Part shown: in pieces, positions 49,304 through 59,441 of the stretch
How positions within the stretch are numbered: the first letter of the stretch is position 1
Layout of the letters: every line of letters starts with the position of its first letter
Assembly (NCBI GenBank): GCA_043744215.1
Contig: JAYTVC010000032.1
Coordinates: 2,193 to 66,192 of the forward strand
Length of the DNA: 64,000 nt
Reading direction: 5' to 3'
DNA from: Pseudomonadota bacterium
GTDB lineage: Bacteria > Pseudomonadota > Gammaproteobacteria > Burkholderiales > JBEEJL01
Notes under the pieces: model-generated
The model's input: only the letters and a program-made list of their open reading frames with translations
What the model was told of the DNA's origin: nothing
The model's database searches: none
Translations under genes and position numbers: made by a program

Positions 49304-49305
49304 GC

Positions 49306-49339
49306 AAAAAAATACCCTCGCAGTTTCCTGTGAGGGTAT
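49306..49339 (-). terminator. Intrinsic terminator of phaP transcript (possibly bidirectional)
   Basis: Minus strand ATACCCTCACAG-GAAA-CTGCGAGGGTAT followed by a T-run. Confidence 0.8.
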
Positions 49340-49494
49340 GGAGCCTTTATCATTGCGATAAAGGAGGAGGAGAGCGTAGCATTGCCGCTTTTAGAAGGAT
49401 CCTCGGCGATAGCTGGCGTAAGAACCTTTTAAAAGGCTCCTCCGATTTACCGGAGGAGCAAATCCTTCATCTTGCGACAAAGGAGGAGGAGACG
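49306..49494 (-). ncRNA. Candidate phaP 3'-UTR-derived sRNA with CUCCUCC modules
   Basis: Two ~30-nt repeats UCUCCUCCUCCUUU-stem-GCAA loop, extra hairpins, terminator. Confidence 0.45.
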
Positions 49495-50034
49495 TTACTT
49501 GCGTGAAGCTTTACCGCTGGCAGCAGCTTGTTGTGACGCTGCCTTCATGTTGGTTTGGGCCATGCTGGCAAATTGCTTCGCCGCTTTGTTCATGTTATCC
49601 ATCGCGGTGGTGCCTGCGGCAAAACCGGATTTCAACGCGGAAATTGCCGCATCGGAACCGGGAGGAGCCGATTTGCCCAACTGGTCGATGGAAGAGGTGA
49701 AGTTTTTATTCAGCAGTGACCAGTTCTCTTCCGCCAGTTTGGTGAATTCGGATTGGGCTTCGCTGGCGATGTCGAACAGGTGACGCGAGTAACCGGCGGC
49801 CTTGTCGGCTGCGGCTTCGGTCAGCTTGGTGCGAAGGGCGAGCAGGTCTTGCGGATCTTTTACATCGGCAATGGCTTTGGCGCTTTTGGTGTTTTCTTCG
49901 AGGGAATGCTTGGCGGCTTCAACGTTCAGCGCAACCAGGCGCTCGGAAGTGTCAAACGAGGCTTTGGCAAAACGGACTGAAGCTTCTACGATAGCTTTGT
50001 TGATGGCATTGAATTGTTCGTTAACGTTATTCAT
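49495..50034 (-). CDS. phaP: Phasin
   Basis: ERLVALN, KDPQDLLAL, YSRHLFDIA, KSAPPGSDAA; start at MNNVNEQ. Confidence 0.9.
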   Translation of the reverse strand: MNNVNEQFNAINKAIVEASVRFAKASFDTSERLVALNVEAAKHSLEENTKSAKAIADVKDPQDLLALRTKLTEAAADKAAGYSRHLFDIASEAQSEFTKLAEENWSLLNKNFTSSIDQLGKSAPPGSDAAISALKSGFAAGTTAMDNMNKAAKQFASMAQTNMKAASQQAAASGKASRK

Positions 50035-50127
50035 GATGTTCCTTATAAAGGTGATGTTAGGTGGGGTAATGTACGCCGACCTTAAGCAGCCAGAAGGTTC
50101 AGAAATTCTGGCTAAAACGAAATCTGG

Positions 50128-50194
50128 TGCAGCGCAACAAGTCACATTCTAGATATACGTAAAGCTCGTGTCAAGAAGTTTATGATGCATTGCA
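50128..50194. promoter_or_regulatory. PhaR-type operator boxes (TGC-N3-GCA)
   Basis: TGCAGCGCA at 50128 and TGCATTGCA at 50186 in the phaP/phaR divergent spacer. Confidence 0.55.
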
Positions 50195-50328
50195 ATAAAT
50201 ATTTTCAGGGAGTGCAAAAAATAATAAAAACTCAATATAATCAAATAATTATAAATATATTGGGAGGGCCTGCCAAGGCTTGAATTGCTCATTTTTGTGT
50301 CGCGCAGCAACAATATCAGGGGAATCAA

Positions 50329-50934
50329 ATGTCTAGTTCATCACGCGTTATCAAAAAATATCCGAACCGTCGGCTCTACGATACGGAAACCAGCAGCTAC
50401 ATCACCCTCGCCGATGTGAAACAGCTCGTGCTGGGACATGTGACGTTTCATGTGGTCGACGCCAAAACCAGCGAAGACATCACGCGCAGCATCATGATGC
50501 AGATTATTCTGGAAGAGGAGAGCGGCGGCGTGCCGATGTTCACCAGCGACATGCTGGCGCAAATTATTCGTTTTTACGGCCACACCATGCAGGGCATGAT
50601 GGGGGCGTATCTGGAAAAAAGCATTTCTTCATTTACCGAAGTGCAGGCCAAGTTGCAGGAACAGGCGCGCACCATGTACGGCGGCACGGCACCGGCGATG
50701 AATGCCGACCTGTGGAAACAATTTATGCAAACCCAAGGCCCGGCGGCGCAGGGGCCGATGGGGAATTATCTGGAGCAAAGCGCCAACATGTTCCTGCAAA
50801 TGCAGGATCAGATTCAAAAACAAACCCGTAATTTGTTCGGCGGCTTCGGCGTGCCGGAAGAAGCGCCCGCTTCAGGTGAGCCGCAGGCGAAAGCCAAGCC
50901 AAAAGCTAAAACAGCCAAGCCGGATAAAGCGTAA
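50329..50934 (+). CDS. phaR: PHA synthesis repressor
   Basis: IKKYPNRRLYDTETSSYITL, IRFYG. Confidence 0.95.
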   Translation: MSSSSRVIKKYPNRRLYDTETSSYITLADVKQLVLGHVTFHVVDAKTSEDITRSIMMQIILEEESGGVPMFTSDMLAQIIRFYGHTMQGMMGAYLEKSISSFTEVQAKLQEQARTMYGGTAPAMNADLWKQFMQTQGPAAQGPMGNYLEQSANMFLQMQDQIQKQTRNLFGGFGVPEEAPASGEPQAKAKPKAKTAKPDKA

Positions 50935-51064
50935 AGCGCCAGCATCGGATGCATACAGGTAAGTGTGCGGCGCTGACTGGCCGTATCTTTCCTGCTATGC
51001 TGCTTATTTAATCAGGACAGTTTCGCGCGAGTTCTTTTGTTTCGTGCCAAGCATTGCATTCGTT

Positions 51065-52402
51065 ATGTCATCGCCTTCCAAAGCAGCGCCCGCCAAAATT
51101 CCCAAAGTCGGTTTTGTTTCCCTTGGCTGCCCCAAAGCGCTGGTGGATTCCGAGCAAATACTCACTCAATTACGCGCGGAAGGTTATGGTATCTCGCCGT
51201 CGTATGAGGGCGCTGATATTGTCGTGGTCAACACCTGCGGTTTTATCGATTCCGCCGTCGAAGAATCTCTCGACGCCATTGGCGAAGCGCTGGCGGAAAA
51301 CGGCAAGGTGATCGTCACCGGTTGTCTCGGCGCGAAGGGCGACATCGTGCGCGATACTTATCCGCAATTGCTCGCCGTCACCGGCCCCCACGCAAAAGAC
51401 GAAGTGATGAAGGCGGTGCATTTGCATTTGCCGCAGCCCCACGATCCGTTCACCAGCCTGGTTCCCGCGCAGGGTATCAAACTCACGCCGAAACATTATG
51501 CGTATCTGAAAATTTCTGAAGGCTGCAATCACCGTTGCACGTTTTGCATTATTCCCTCCATGCGCGGCGATTTGGTCAGCCGACCCGTGGGCGAAGTGAT
51601 GCAGGATGCAGAAAATCTGGTCAAAGCCGGCGTGAAAGAATTGCTCGTGATCTCGCAAGACACCAGCGCCTACGGCGTCGATGTCAAATACCGCACTGGT
51701 TTCTGGCAGGGCCGTCCGCTAAAAACGCGCATGCTTGATCTCGCATCCGCTCTGGGCGAGCTGGGCGTATGGGTGCGCATGCATTATGTGTATCCGTATC
51801 CTCACGTTGATAATGTCGTTCCGCTGATGGCGGAAGGAAAAATTTTGCCGTATCTCGACGTGCCGTTTCAACACGCCAGCCCGCGCATTCTCAAAGCCAT
51901 GAAGCGACCCGCGTCGAGTGAAAATAATCTCACCCGCATCAAAGCCTGGCGCGAGGCGTGTCCTGACATCACCATCCGCAGCACGTTTATTGCCGGCTTT
52001 CCCGGCGAGACGGAAGATGATTTTGACATGCTGCTCGATTTTCTGCGCGAAGCCCAACTCGATCGCGTCGGCTGTTTTGCCTATTCGCCGGTCGAAGGCG
52101 CGAAAGCGAATGAACTGGAAGGCGCGGTGCCCGAAGCCATCCGCGAAGCGCGCCGTGAACGTTTCATGCTGGTGCAGCAGGAAATCAGCGAACAAAAACT
52201 CGCAAAAAAAATCGGCAAGACCATGAAAGTGCTGATCGATGAAATCAGCGGCAAAGACGCCATCGCCCGCAGTGCCGCCGACGCACCAGAAATCGACGGC
52301 GTTGTCATCATCAAAAATGCCGCGCAATTAAAAGTCGGCGAGTTTGCAGAAGTGAAAATTACCGCGAGTGATGCGCACGATTTTACGGCGCGCGTCGCCT
52401 AA
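51065..52402 (+). CDS. rimO: Ribosomal protein S12 methylthiotransferase
   Basis: [33 protein letters not shown] domain. Confidence 0.95.
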   Translation: MSSPSKAAPAKIPKVGFVSLGCPKALVDSEQILTQLRAEGYGISPSYEGADIVVVNTCGFIDSAVEESLDAIGEALAENGKVIVTGCLGAKGDIVRDTYPQLLAVTGPHAKDEVMKAVHLHLPQPHDPFTSLVPAQGIKLTPKHYAYLKISEGCNHRCTFCIIPSMRGDLVSRPVGEVMQDAENLVKAGVKELLVISQDTSAYGVDVKYRTGFWQGRPLKTRMLDLASALGELGVWVRMHYVYPYPHVDNVVPLMAEGKILPYLDVPFQHASPRILKAMKRPASSENNLTRIKAWREACPDITIRSTFIAGFPGETEDDFDMLLDFLREAQLDRVGCFAYSPVEGAKANELEGAVPEAIREARRERFMLVQQEISEQKLAKKIGKTMKVLIDEISGKDAIARSAADAPEIDGVVIIKNAAQLKVGEFAEVKITASDAHDFTARVA

Positions 52403-52473
52403 CCAATAAATATCTAACTAATTGATTATATTGAGTTATTTGTAATGTGCAAAATACATCAAATGCAGATTTT

Positions 52474-52648
52474 TGTAATTTGTAATTTGTAATTTGTAAT
52501 GTGTAATGTGTAATGTGTAATGTGTAATTTGTAATGTGTAATGTGTAATGTGTAATGTGTAATGTGTAATGTGTAATGTGTAATGTGTAATGTGTAATGT
52601 GTAATGTGTAATGTGTAATTTGTTGTTTGTTGTTTGTTGTTTGTTGTT
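52474..52648. repeat. Heptamer tandem repeat: 21 x TGTAAT(G/T) + 4 x TGTTGTT
   Basis: Counted directly; phase kept across the change of unit. Confidence 0.95.
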
Positions 52649-52700
52649 TGGTTCGGATGTTTGTTTTTGGTTTTTCGTCATTACGCGCGTCTCTACAACC

Positions 52701-52727
52701 CCGTTCGCCCTGAGCCCCGTCGAAGGG
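52701..52727 (+). repeat. REP-like element CCGTTCGCCCTGAG..GTCGAAGGG
   Basis: Resembles a widespread short intergenic repeat type; single copy here. Confidence 0.45.
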
Positions 52728-52768
52728 TGAGAGGGCGTACCTATCCTCAATCAGGTTAAGAATATATT

Positions 52769-53395
52769 GTGAGTCTAGAACTCTGGTTCGCCTTCTTCAT
52801 CACCGAATTCCTGCTCTGCCTCTCGCCCGGCCCCGCCGTGCTGATGGTCATCGCCACCGGCATCACCCGCGGTGTCGGCATGTCCATCTGGTCTAACCTC
52901 GGCATTCTCGCGGGCAACACAATATATTTTATTTTGTCCGCCACCAGTCTCGGCGCATTGTTGCTCGCGTCCTACGATATTTTTTTCGCCGTCAAATGGA
53001 TCGGCGCGGCGTATCTGGTTTATCTCGGCGTCATGGCCTGGCTGGAAAAAGATTCAGTGATGACCGTGCCAAAGAATGATGACGAGAAGCGCTCGCCGCT
53101 ACGTATTTTTCTGAATGCCGTGGTATTGCAACTTTCCAATCCCAAAACACTTTTGTTCTTCATCGCGCTACTACCGCAATTCATCGATGCGAAGCAATTC
53201 GTTACGCTGCAAATCGCCATCATGGGCGTCACGTCGGTGGTGCTGGAATTTTTTGTGCTGCTCGCTTACGGTGTTTTAGCAGGCAAAGCTTCTCACTACG
53301 CAACGCAACCGCGCTTTGTGCGTATTACCAATCGTTTGTCGGGGAGTTTGTTGGTTGGAGCGGGGCTGGGGTTGGCGGCGCTGTCGAAAAAATAG
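52769..53395 (+). CDS. LysE/RhtB-family translocator
   Basis: SPGPA, KWIGAAYLVYLG, NPK..LFFIALLPQFI. Confidence 0.9.
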   Translation: MSLELWFAFFITEFLLCLSPGPAVLMVIATGITRGVGMSIWSNLGILAGNTIYFILSATSLGALLLASYDIFFAVKWIGAAYLVYLGVMAWLEKDSVMTVPKNDDEKRSPLRIFLNAVVLQLSNPKTLLFFIALLPQFIDAKQFVTLQIAIMGVTSVVLEFFVLLAYGVLAGKASHYATQPRFVRITNRLSGSLLVGAGLGLAALSKK

Positions 53396-53527
53396 CGTGC
53401 GCCGCGCGTGAATCTGCAAAAAGTCTTTGCATTTGGAACAAGATAGGGATGGCGCCGCAGAGATAACGACAGCGTCGCCCTGAAAAAAATGGCGTAAATC
53501 GATAACGTTTAGTGGCGGGCACGTAGA

Positions 53528-53749
53528 TCAATCACCCTGTTGGTAAGTCACTTCGTAGCCTGCATCCTGAATCGCATGCTTCAATTTACCCGGATGAATT
53601 TGCGCGTCGTCGTAGCCAACTTTAGCGTTGTTGTCGGTGAGCGATACATTGACAGTCAGTACGCCTTCAACCGCCTGCAGCGCTTTTTTGACGCTGTTGA
53701 CGCAGCCGCCGCAGGTCATGCCGGCAATTGTAAAAGTAATGGTTTTCAT
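53528..53749 (-). CDS. copZ: HMA-domain metallochaperone (CopZ-like)
   Basis: GMTCGGC, IQDAGY. Confidence 0.85.
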   Translation of the reverse strand: MKTITFTIAGMTCGGCVNSVKKALQAVEGVLTVNVSLTDNNAKVGYDDAQIHPGKLKHAIQDAGYEVTYQQGD

Positions 53750-53799
53750 TTTCCGCTTCCAATTGAATTCGACGATTCAACTATACCAAAGCTGCGGGC

Positions 53800-53828
53800 A
53801 AAAAAAAGCCCCGCGTCTGCGGGGCTTT
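53800..53828 (-). terminator. Intrinsic terminator
   Basis: Minus strand AAAGCCCCGC-AGAC-GCGGGGCTTTTTTTT. Confidence 0.85.
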
Positions 53829-53850
53829 CGGTAATGCATGTTACCGGTGA

Positions 53851-54711
53851 TTAGTTGGCAACGACCTGGCCATCCACCACTTTTACTTTTGAGCCGACAC
53901 CGTAGGCTGGCGCTGCGGTAGCGCGCACGGTACGGGTGGTGTTGTCTTCCAGGCGCACGACAACATCGTAGGCTGTGGTTGATTTACGATTTTTTTCCAC
54001 TTCGTTACCGGCTACGGCACCGCCTACGGCGCCCAACACGGTTGCGACGTCTTTGCCGCGGCCACCGCCAACCTGGTGGCCAATGACAGCACCGGCGGCA
54101 CCACCTAATACGCCGCCCAAGCCAGTGGCTTCACCTTTTTGTGCGATGGCATTAATCGATTCAACTACGCCGCAGTTGCCGCAGATAGCACGGGTTGTCG
54201 TCGGCGCAGCAGCCACTTGAACAGGTTGCTCAGGTGCCGGCACGTATTGCGGTTGGCTCACAGGAGCCGAGACCACGGGAGCAGCAGGGGCCGTTGTATG
54301 CGTGTTGTTGGCCACGACGGTTTTGTGCGGAGCAGGTTTATGCACCACTTTGGGTGCCGGCGCCGTTTTGGCTACCGGCGCTTCGGGCTGCAACACTTTG
54401 TCTTGCGCTTTGCTGATTGTCGCGTCGGTGGAAGTATCGGCACCCAGTTTCGCGGTGGTAACCGGTGCTACCACGCTGGCTTCAGGCGCAGCCGCAGTTT
54501 TCACTTCCATTTTTGGCGCAACGGGTGCAACCGGCGCAGCGACGGATTTGTTCGCGTCCGCATTGGAATGCGAACTGGGAATCAGGCCGGTCAATGCGCC
54601 GATGCCAATAGCGCTGAACAATGTCACCGCAATGGCAGCGATCACAAAAATCGGATTGGATTTTTTAGGGGTTACAGCTTTGGTAGCGGTAATGGGTGTA
54701 TTGGTATCCAT
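53851..54711 (-). CDS. Glycine-zipper 2TM domain protein
   Basis: N-terminal TM, Ala/Pro linker, CGNCG, GHQVGGGRGKDVATVLGAVGGAVAGNEVEK. Confidence 0.85.
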   Translation of the reverse strand: MDTNTPITATKAVTPKKSNPIFVIAAIAVTLFSAIGIGALTGLIPSSHSNADANKSVAAPVAPVAPKMEVKTAAAPEASVVAPVTTAKLGADTSTDATISKAQDKVLQPEAPVAKTAPAPKVVHKPAPHKTVVANNTHTTAPAAPVVSAPVSQPQYVPAPEQPVQVAAAPTTTRAICGNCGVVESINAIAQKGEATGLGGVLGGAAGAVIGHQVGGGRGKDVATVLGAVGGAVAGNEVEKNRKSTTAYDVVVRLEDNTTRTVRATAAPAYGVGSKVKVVDGQVVAN

Positions 54712-54846
54712 GGGTAAGTCTCCTTATATATCTGTTTACTACTCGTGCACTTTTCAGTGCGTGTCCGTCGCAGCAACATGCTGCAATGCGGAGCAGTAAA
54801 CACTTCCATTAACGGGTTCGTCAACCATTAGTTGACTATTTAAATA

Positions 54847-54876
54847 TAACTATTTGATTATATTGAATTATTTTAT
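54847..54876. repeat. 30-bp AT-rich motif, identical to 1599-1628
   Basis: Direct comparison. Confidence 0.7.
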
Positions 54877-56429
54877 CAGTCAACAGGCCGCATTTGCGGG
54901 AATAAAATCACATCGCGAATGCTCGGGCTATCGGTTAATAACATGATCAAACGATCAATACCGATGCCTTCGCCGGCGGTCGGCGGCATGCCGTGTTCCA
55001 GTGCGAGTATGTAATCGGCATCGTAATGCATGGCTTCGGCATCGCCCGCGTCTTTTTGTTGCACTTGTTGCATAAAGCGCGCGGCCTGGTCTTCGGCGTC
55101 GTTCAATTCAGAAAATCCGTTGGCGATTTCGCGGCCCACGATGAACAATTCGAAGCGGTCGGTGACTTCGGGGTGCGAATCGTTGCGCCGTGCCAGCGGC
55201 GACACTTCGGCGGGATAATCGATAATGAAGGTCGGCTCCCACAATTGCGATTCCGCCGTCGCTTCAAACAGCGAGAGTTGCAATCCGCCGAGGCCGTCGG
55301 CAGATTTGTACTTTTCGCCGAGGCGAGTGATTTCTTTGATGAGGAAATCGCGGTCGCCCAATTGCGCGTCAGTGTAATGCGGGAAATATTTTTTGATCGC
55401 GCCGGTGATGGTCAAGCGTTGAAACGGCTTGCCCAAATCCAGCGGCTTGCCCGCGTAAGATATTGCCGTAGTGCCCAGCACGCTGATGGCCACTTCGCGG
55501 AACATGCGCTCGGTGAAATCCATCAGGTATTGGTAATCGCGATACGCTTCGTAAAACTCGATCATGGTGAATTCGGGATTGTGCCGCACCGACATGCCTT
55601 CGTTGCGGAAGTTACGGTTGATCTCGAACACTTTTTCCATGCCGCCCACAACCAGCCGCTTCAAATACAATTCCGGCGCGATGCGCAAATACAATTCCAT
55701 ATCCAGCGCATTGTGGTGAGTTTTGAACGGCCGCGCCGCCGCGCCGCCGGGAATCGGGTGCATCATCGGCGTTTCAACTTCGAGATAGCCATGCTTCACC
55801 ATAAACTCGCGGATCGCCTGAATAGTTTTTGAGCGAACGGTAAATACTTTGCGCGCTTCGTCGTTGGTAATCAGATCGAGATAACGCTGGCGATACTTTT
55901 GTTCCTGATCGGTGAGGCCGTGAAATTTTTCTGGCAGCGGGCGCAGGGCTTTGGTGAGCAGGCGAATGCTCGTCACACGCACCGACAGTTCACCCGTCTT
56001 GGTTTTGAACAGCGTGCCTTGTGCGCCGAGAATATCGCCCAAGTCAAAATGTTTGAACGCATCGTGCGCCGCTTCGCCGGTTACGTCGTTACTGATATAT
56101 AGCTGGATCTGTCCGCCCATATCCTGAATAGTGGCGAAGCTGGCTTTGCCCATTACGCGCTTTAACATCATGCGGCCGGCAACAGAAACAGTGACAGGCG
56201 CGGCGTCCAAATCTTCTTTCGTTTTTTCGCCGTATTGTTTTGTCAGCGCGTCAGCATAATGCTCACGCTGAAAATCGTTCGGAAACGCGATGCCTTGCTC
56301 GCGGATTTTATTCAACTTTTGTTTGCGTTCCTGCATCAGGCTGTCGGTATCGACAACAGGCTTGTCAACGTTTGCGTCGGCGTGCTTCAACAGTTCGAGA
56401 TGCTCTTTCGGGTCTTTGTCATTGGCCAT
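54876..56429 (-). CDS. lysS: Lysine--tRNA ligase
   Basis: [39 protein letters not shown]; start at MANDKD. Confidence 0.97.
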   Translation of the reverse strand: MANDKDPKEHLELLKHADANVDKPVVDTDSLMQERKQKLNKIREQGIAFPNDFQREHYADALTKQYGEKTKEDLDAAPVTVSVAGRMMLKRVMGKASFATIQDMGGQIQLYISNDVTGEAAHDAFKHFDLGDILGAQGTLFKTKTGELSVRVTSIRLLTKALRPLPEKFHGLTDQEQKYRQRYLDLITNDEARKVFTVRSKTIQAIREFMVKHGYLEVETPMMHPIPGGAAARPFKTHHNALDMELYLRIAPELYLKRLVVGGMEKVFEINRNFRNEGMSVRHNPEFTMIEFYEAYRDYQYLMDFTERMFREVAISVLGTTAISYAGKPLDLGKPFQRLTITGAIKKYFPHYTDAQLGDRDFLIKEITRLGEKYKSADGLGGLQLSLFEATAESQLWEPTFIIDYPAEVSPLARRNDSHPEVTDRFELFIVGREIANGFSELNDAEDQAARFMQQVQQKDAGDAEAMHYDADYILALEHGMPPTAGEGIGIDRLIMLLTDSPSIRDVILFPQMRPVD

Positions 56430-56455
56430 GATTGGCTCCAAATTATTCAATAAAA

Positions 56456-57560
56456 TCAAACACCTTGCTTCAAGCTGGCGGAAATGAAATCGTCCAGATC
56501 GCCATCGAGAATCGCCTGCGTATTGCCCACTTCGTAATTGGTGCGCAAGTCTTTGATGCGCGATTGGTCGAGCACGTAGGAGCGAATTTGATGGCCCCAG
56601 CCGATGTCGGTTTTGCTGTCTTCGAGTTTTTGTTGTGCGTCCATGCGTTTGCGCAATTCCATTTCGTACAACTTGGATTTCAACATCGCCATCGCTTCGG
56701 CGCGGTTGCGGTGTTGCGAACGGTCGCTCTGGCATTGCACCACAATGCCCGACGGCGCGTGGGTGATGCGAATGGCTGAATCGGTTTTATTGATGTGCTG
56801 TCCGCCCGCGCCCGATGCGCGAAAAGTATCCACGCGCAAATCTGCCGGATTGATTTCCACTTCGATGGAGTCGTCCACTTCCGGATACACAAACACGCTG
56901 GCAAATGACGTGTGGCGGCGATTGCCCGAATCGAAGGGCGACTTGCGCACCAGCCGGTGCACGCCGACTTCAGTGCGCAAAAAACCGTAGGCATAATCGC
57001 CGGAAATTTTCAGCGATGCGCTTTTGATGCCGGCTACTTCACCGTCGGAACGCTCCAGCACTTCGACCTTGTAACCCTTGCGCTCGCAATAGCGCATATA
57101 CATACGCTCGAGCATCGATGCCCAATCCTGCGCCTCGGTGCCGCCAGAGCCGGCTTGAATGTCGATGAATGAATTGTTCGGGTCCATCGGGTTGTTGAAC
57201 ATGCGACGGAATTCCATATCCGCCACAATTTTCGCCAAGGCCTTCGCGTCGTTTTCCACGCTGATCAAGGTGGCGTCGTCATTTTCTTCGCGTCCCATGG
57301 CGAAAATCTCCCGCGCATCAGCCAGGCCGCCAGTGAGTTTTTCCAGATTGCCCACAACGGATTCGAGAGATTTTTTTTCCTTGCCCAGCTCTTGCGCTTT
57401 TTTCGCGTCGTTCCAGATAGCCGGGTCTTCGGCCAGGCGATTGACTTCGATCAGGCGTTCTTTTTTGCCGTCGAAGTCAAAGATACCTCCGCAGCTCGAC
57501 CGTGCGCGTGTGCAAGTCGTCGAGCTGGTTGGCGATGAGATTAAGGCGTTCAGCTTCCAT
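56456..57560 (-). CDS. prfB: Peptide chain release factor 2 with programmed +1 frameshift
   Basis: 27-codon ORF0 MEAERL...RRYL then CTT TGA C (57482-57476) with internal GGAGG; +1 frame contains SPF and GGQ. Confidence 0.96.
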
Positions 57561-57636
57561 GATAACTTTCAGATGGGTTGATTTAATTTGCAATTATAAC
57601 GCAGAAGAAGGGAAATTCTTAAGATCTCATGCGTGG

Positions 57637-57740
57637 CCCCGTCATGCCGATGGCGCAGCCCGAAGAATCTGCCTCAGAGATCTGTGAGTACAAAAAGCAG
57701 ATTCTTCACCTTCGCTGCGCTACGGTTCAGAATGTCGGGG
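57637..57740. repeat. Long imperfect intergenic palindrome (REP-like)
   Basis: CCCCGTCAT...GAAGAATCTGC / GCAGATTCTTC...ATGTCGGGG. Confidence 0.6.
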
Positions 57741-57743
57741 GTT

Positions 57744-59435
57744 TTATAGGGCTTGCCAATGTTCCAAAATCAGTTGCAACGTCTGGTTGCCTTTGTATTC
57801 ATTCACACTCAAGCGATAGGTCGCGCTGATTTGTTTTGGCAGCGGATCAGCGTGCGAAAACAGCATCGCTTCAAATACGCGACCCTGTTTTTCCAATGTG
57901 AGTTTGAGATGTTTTTCGCCCACGATGCGCTGGTTCGCGACAACAAAATCATCGCAAAACACCGGCGCGGGAAAACCTTGCCCCCATATCTGCGCGTCGA
58001 TTTCCTGCGCTAATTCCATTGACGCTTCTTTTGGCGGCAGCGCGCCGTCGGTTTCAATCACCCGTTCCAGATCCGCGGGCGAGAGCAAGGTATGCAGTGC
58101 CTGCTCGAACGCATCGCGAAATTTTTCGAACTGATGCGTACGGATGGTCAAGCCCGCCGCCATCGCATGTCCGCCGAATTTCAAAATCAAATCGGGGTGC
58201 CGTTTAGAAACGAGATCGAGGGCATCGCGCAAATGCAAACCGTGAATCGAGCGCCCCGAGCCTTTTATTTCATCGCCGTTGCCCGGCGCAAATGCAATCA
58301 CGGGGCGGTGATATTTGTCCTTGATGCGCGAGGCGACAATGCCAATCACGCCTTGGTGCCATGTCGGGTCGAACAAACTCAGGCCGAAATGATCGCCGAC
58401 TTCCAACTCGTCAAGAATCGCCAGCGCCGATTCCTGCATATCCGCCTCAATCTCGCGCCGCTCGCGATTCAATGCATCGAGTTGCTGTGTTAGTTGCAGC
58501 GCGCGCAAGGTGTCGTCGGTGATGAGGGCTTCGATGCCGAGCGACATATCATTCAATCTTCCTGCCGCATTCAAACGCGGGCCGAGCATGAAGCCCAGAT
58601 CATAAGTTGCCGCTTTGGCTGCTCCGCGCCTTGAGACTTGCAGCAACGCATGGATGCCCGCGCAGCCGCGTCCGGCGCGGATGCGCTTTAAGCCTTCACT
58701 GACCAGGATGCGGTTATTGGCGTCGAGTTTCACCACGTCGGCCACCGTGCCAAGAGCGACAAGATCAAGCAGCGCGGCGAGATTGGGTTCCGTTTCGTTA
58801 ACGAATGCGTTGCGGTTACGCAATTCGGCCCGCAACGCCAACATCACATAAAACATCACGCCCACACCGGCGATGTTTTTGCTGGGAAATGCGCAACCGG
58901 GTTGATTCGGATTCACAATGCATGCTGCATCCGGCAATACATCGCCAGGCAGGTGGTGGTCCGTCACCAAAACTTGCATGCCGAGGCGGTTTGCTTCGGC
59001 CACCCCCTCTACACTGGCGATGCCGTTATCGACGGTGATAATGAAATCAGGTTTTTTAGTCGCGGCAAGTTGAACGATTTCAGGCGTCAAACCATAACCG
59101 TATTCGAAACGATTAGGCACGAGGTAATCGACGCTCGCGCCCAACATTTTCAATGCGCGCACGCCCACGGCACAGGCGGTCGCGCCGTCGGAATCGTAAT
59201 CGGCGACAATCAATACATTTTTTTTCTGCTCGATGGCGTCTGCCAATATTTTTGCCATCGCTGCACAGTTTTTCAGTTGTTCAAACGGCAGCAGGCGTTT
59301 CAGCGTCAAGTCGATGGCATCTGCCGATGCGATGCCACGCGACGCATAGATGCGGGCCAGCAAAGGCGACAGGCCGTGCTGAATCAGCGCGTCGTAAGAT
59401 TGGGGGGGGATGGTGCGGTGAACGATATGAGGCAT
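57744..59435 (-). CDS. recJ: ssDNA exonuclease RecJ
   Basis: DYDSDG, TVDNG, TDHH, GPRLNAAGR, GGHAMAAG. Confidence 0.96.
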   Translation of the reverse strand: MPHIVHRTIPPQSYDALIQHGLSPLLARIYASRGIASADAIDLTLKRLLPFEQLKNCAAMAKILADAIEQKKNVLIVADYDSDGATACAVGVRALKMLGASVDYLVPNRFEYGYGLTPEIVQLAATKKPDFIITVDNGIASVEGVAEANRLGMQVLVTDHHLPGDVLPDAACIVNPNQPGCAFPSKNIAGVGVMFYVMLALRAELRNRNAFVNETEPNLAALLDLVALGTVADVVKLDANNRILVSEGLKRIRAGRGCAGIHALLQVSRRGAAKAATYDLGFMLGPRLNAAGRLNDMSLGIEALITDDTLRALQLTQQLDALNRERREIEADMQESALAILDELEVGDHFGLSLFDPTWHQGVIGIVASRIKDKYHRPVIAFAPGNGDEIKGSGRSIHGLHLRDALDLVSKRHPDLILKFGGHAMAAGLTIRTHQFEKFRDAFEQALHTLLSPADLERVIETDGALPPKEASMELAQEIDAQIWGQGFPAPVFCDDFVVANQRIVGEKHLKLTLEKQGRVFEAMLFSHADPLPKQISATYRLSVNEYKGNQTLQLILEHWQAL

Positions 59436-59441
59436 GGCGAA

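Noticed and set aside
52474-52648. Possible CRISPR array
   Set aside because: 7-bp tandem units without spacers; no cas genes
52436-52750. 104-aa ORF with HITHYTL repeats
   Set aside because: Translation of the heptamer array; no support as a protein
54993-55832. Long antisense ORFs (also 12809-13627, 6284-7039, 40246-40917)
   Set aside because: Shadow frames of well-supported genes, typical of GC-biased codon usage
57476-57490. Apparent broken prfB
   Set aside because: Canonical programmed +1 frameshift (GGAGG..CTT TGA C); not a pseudogene and not novel
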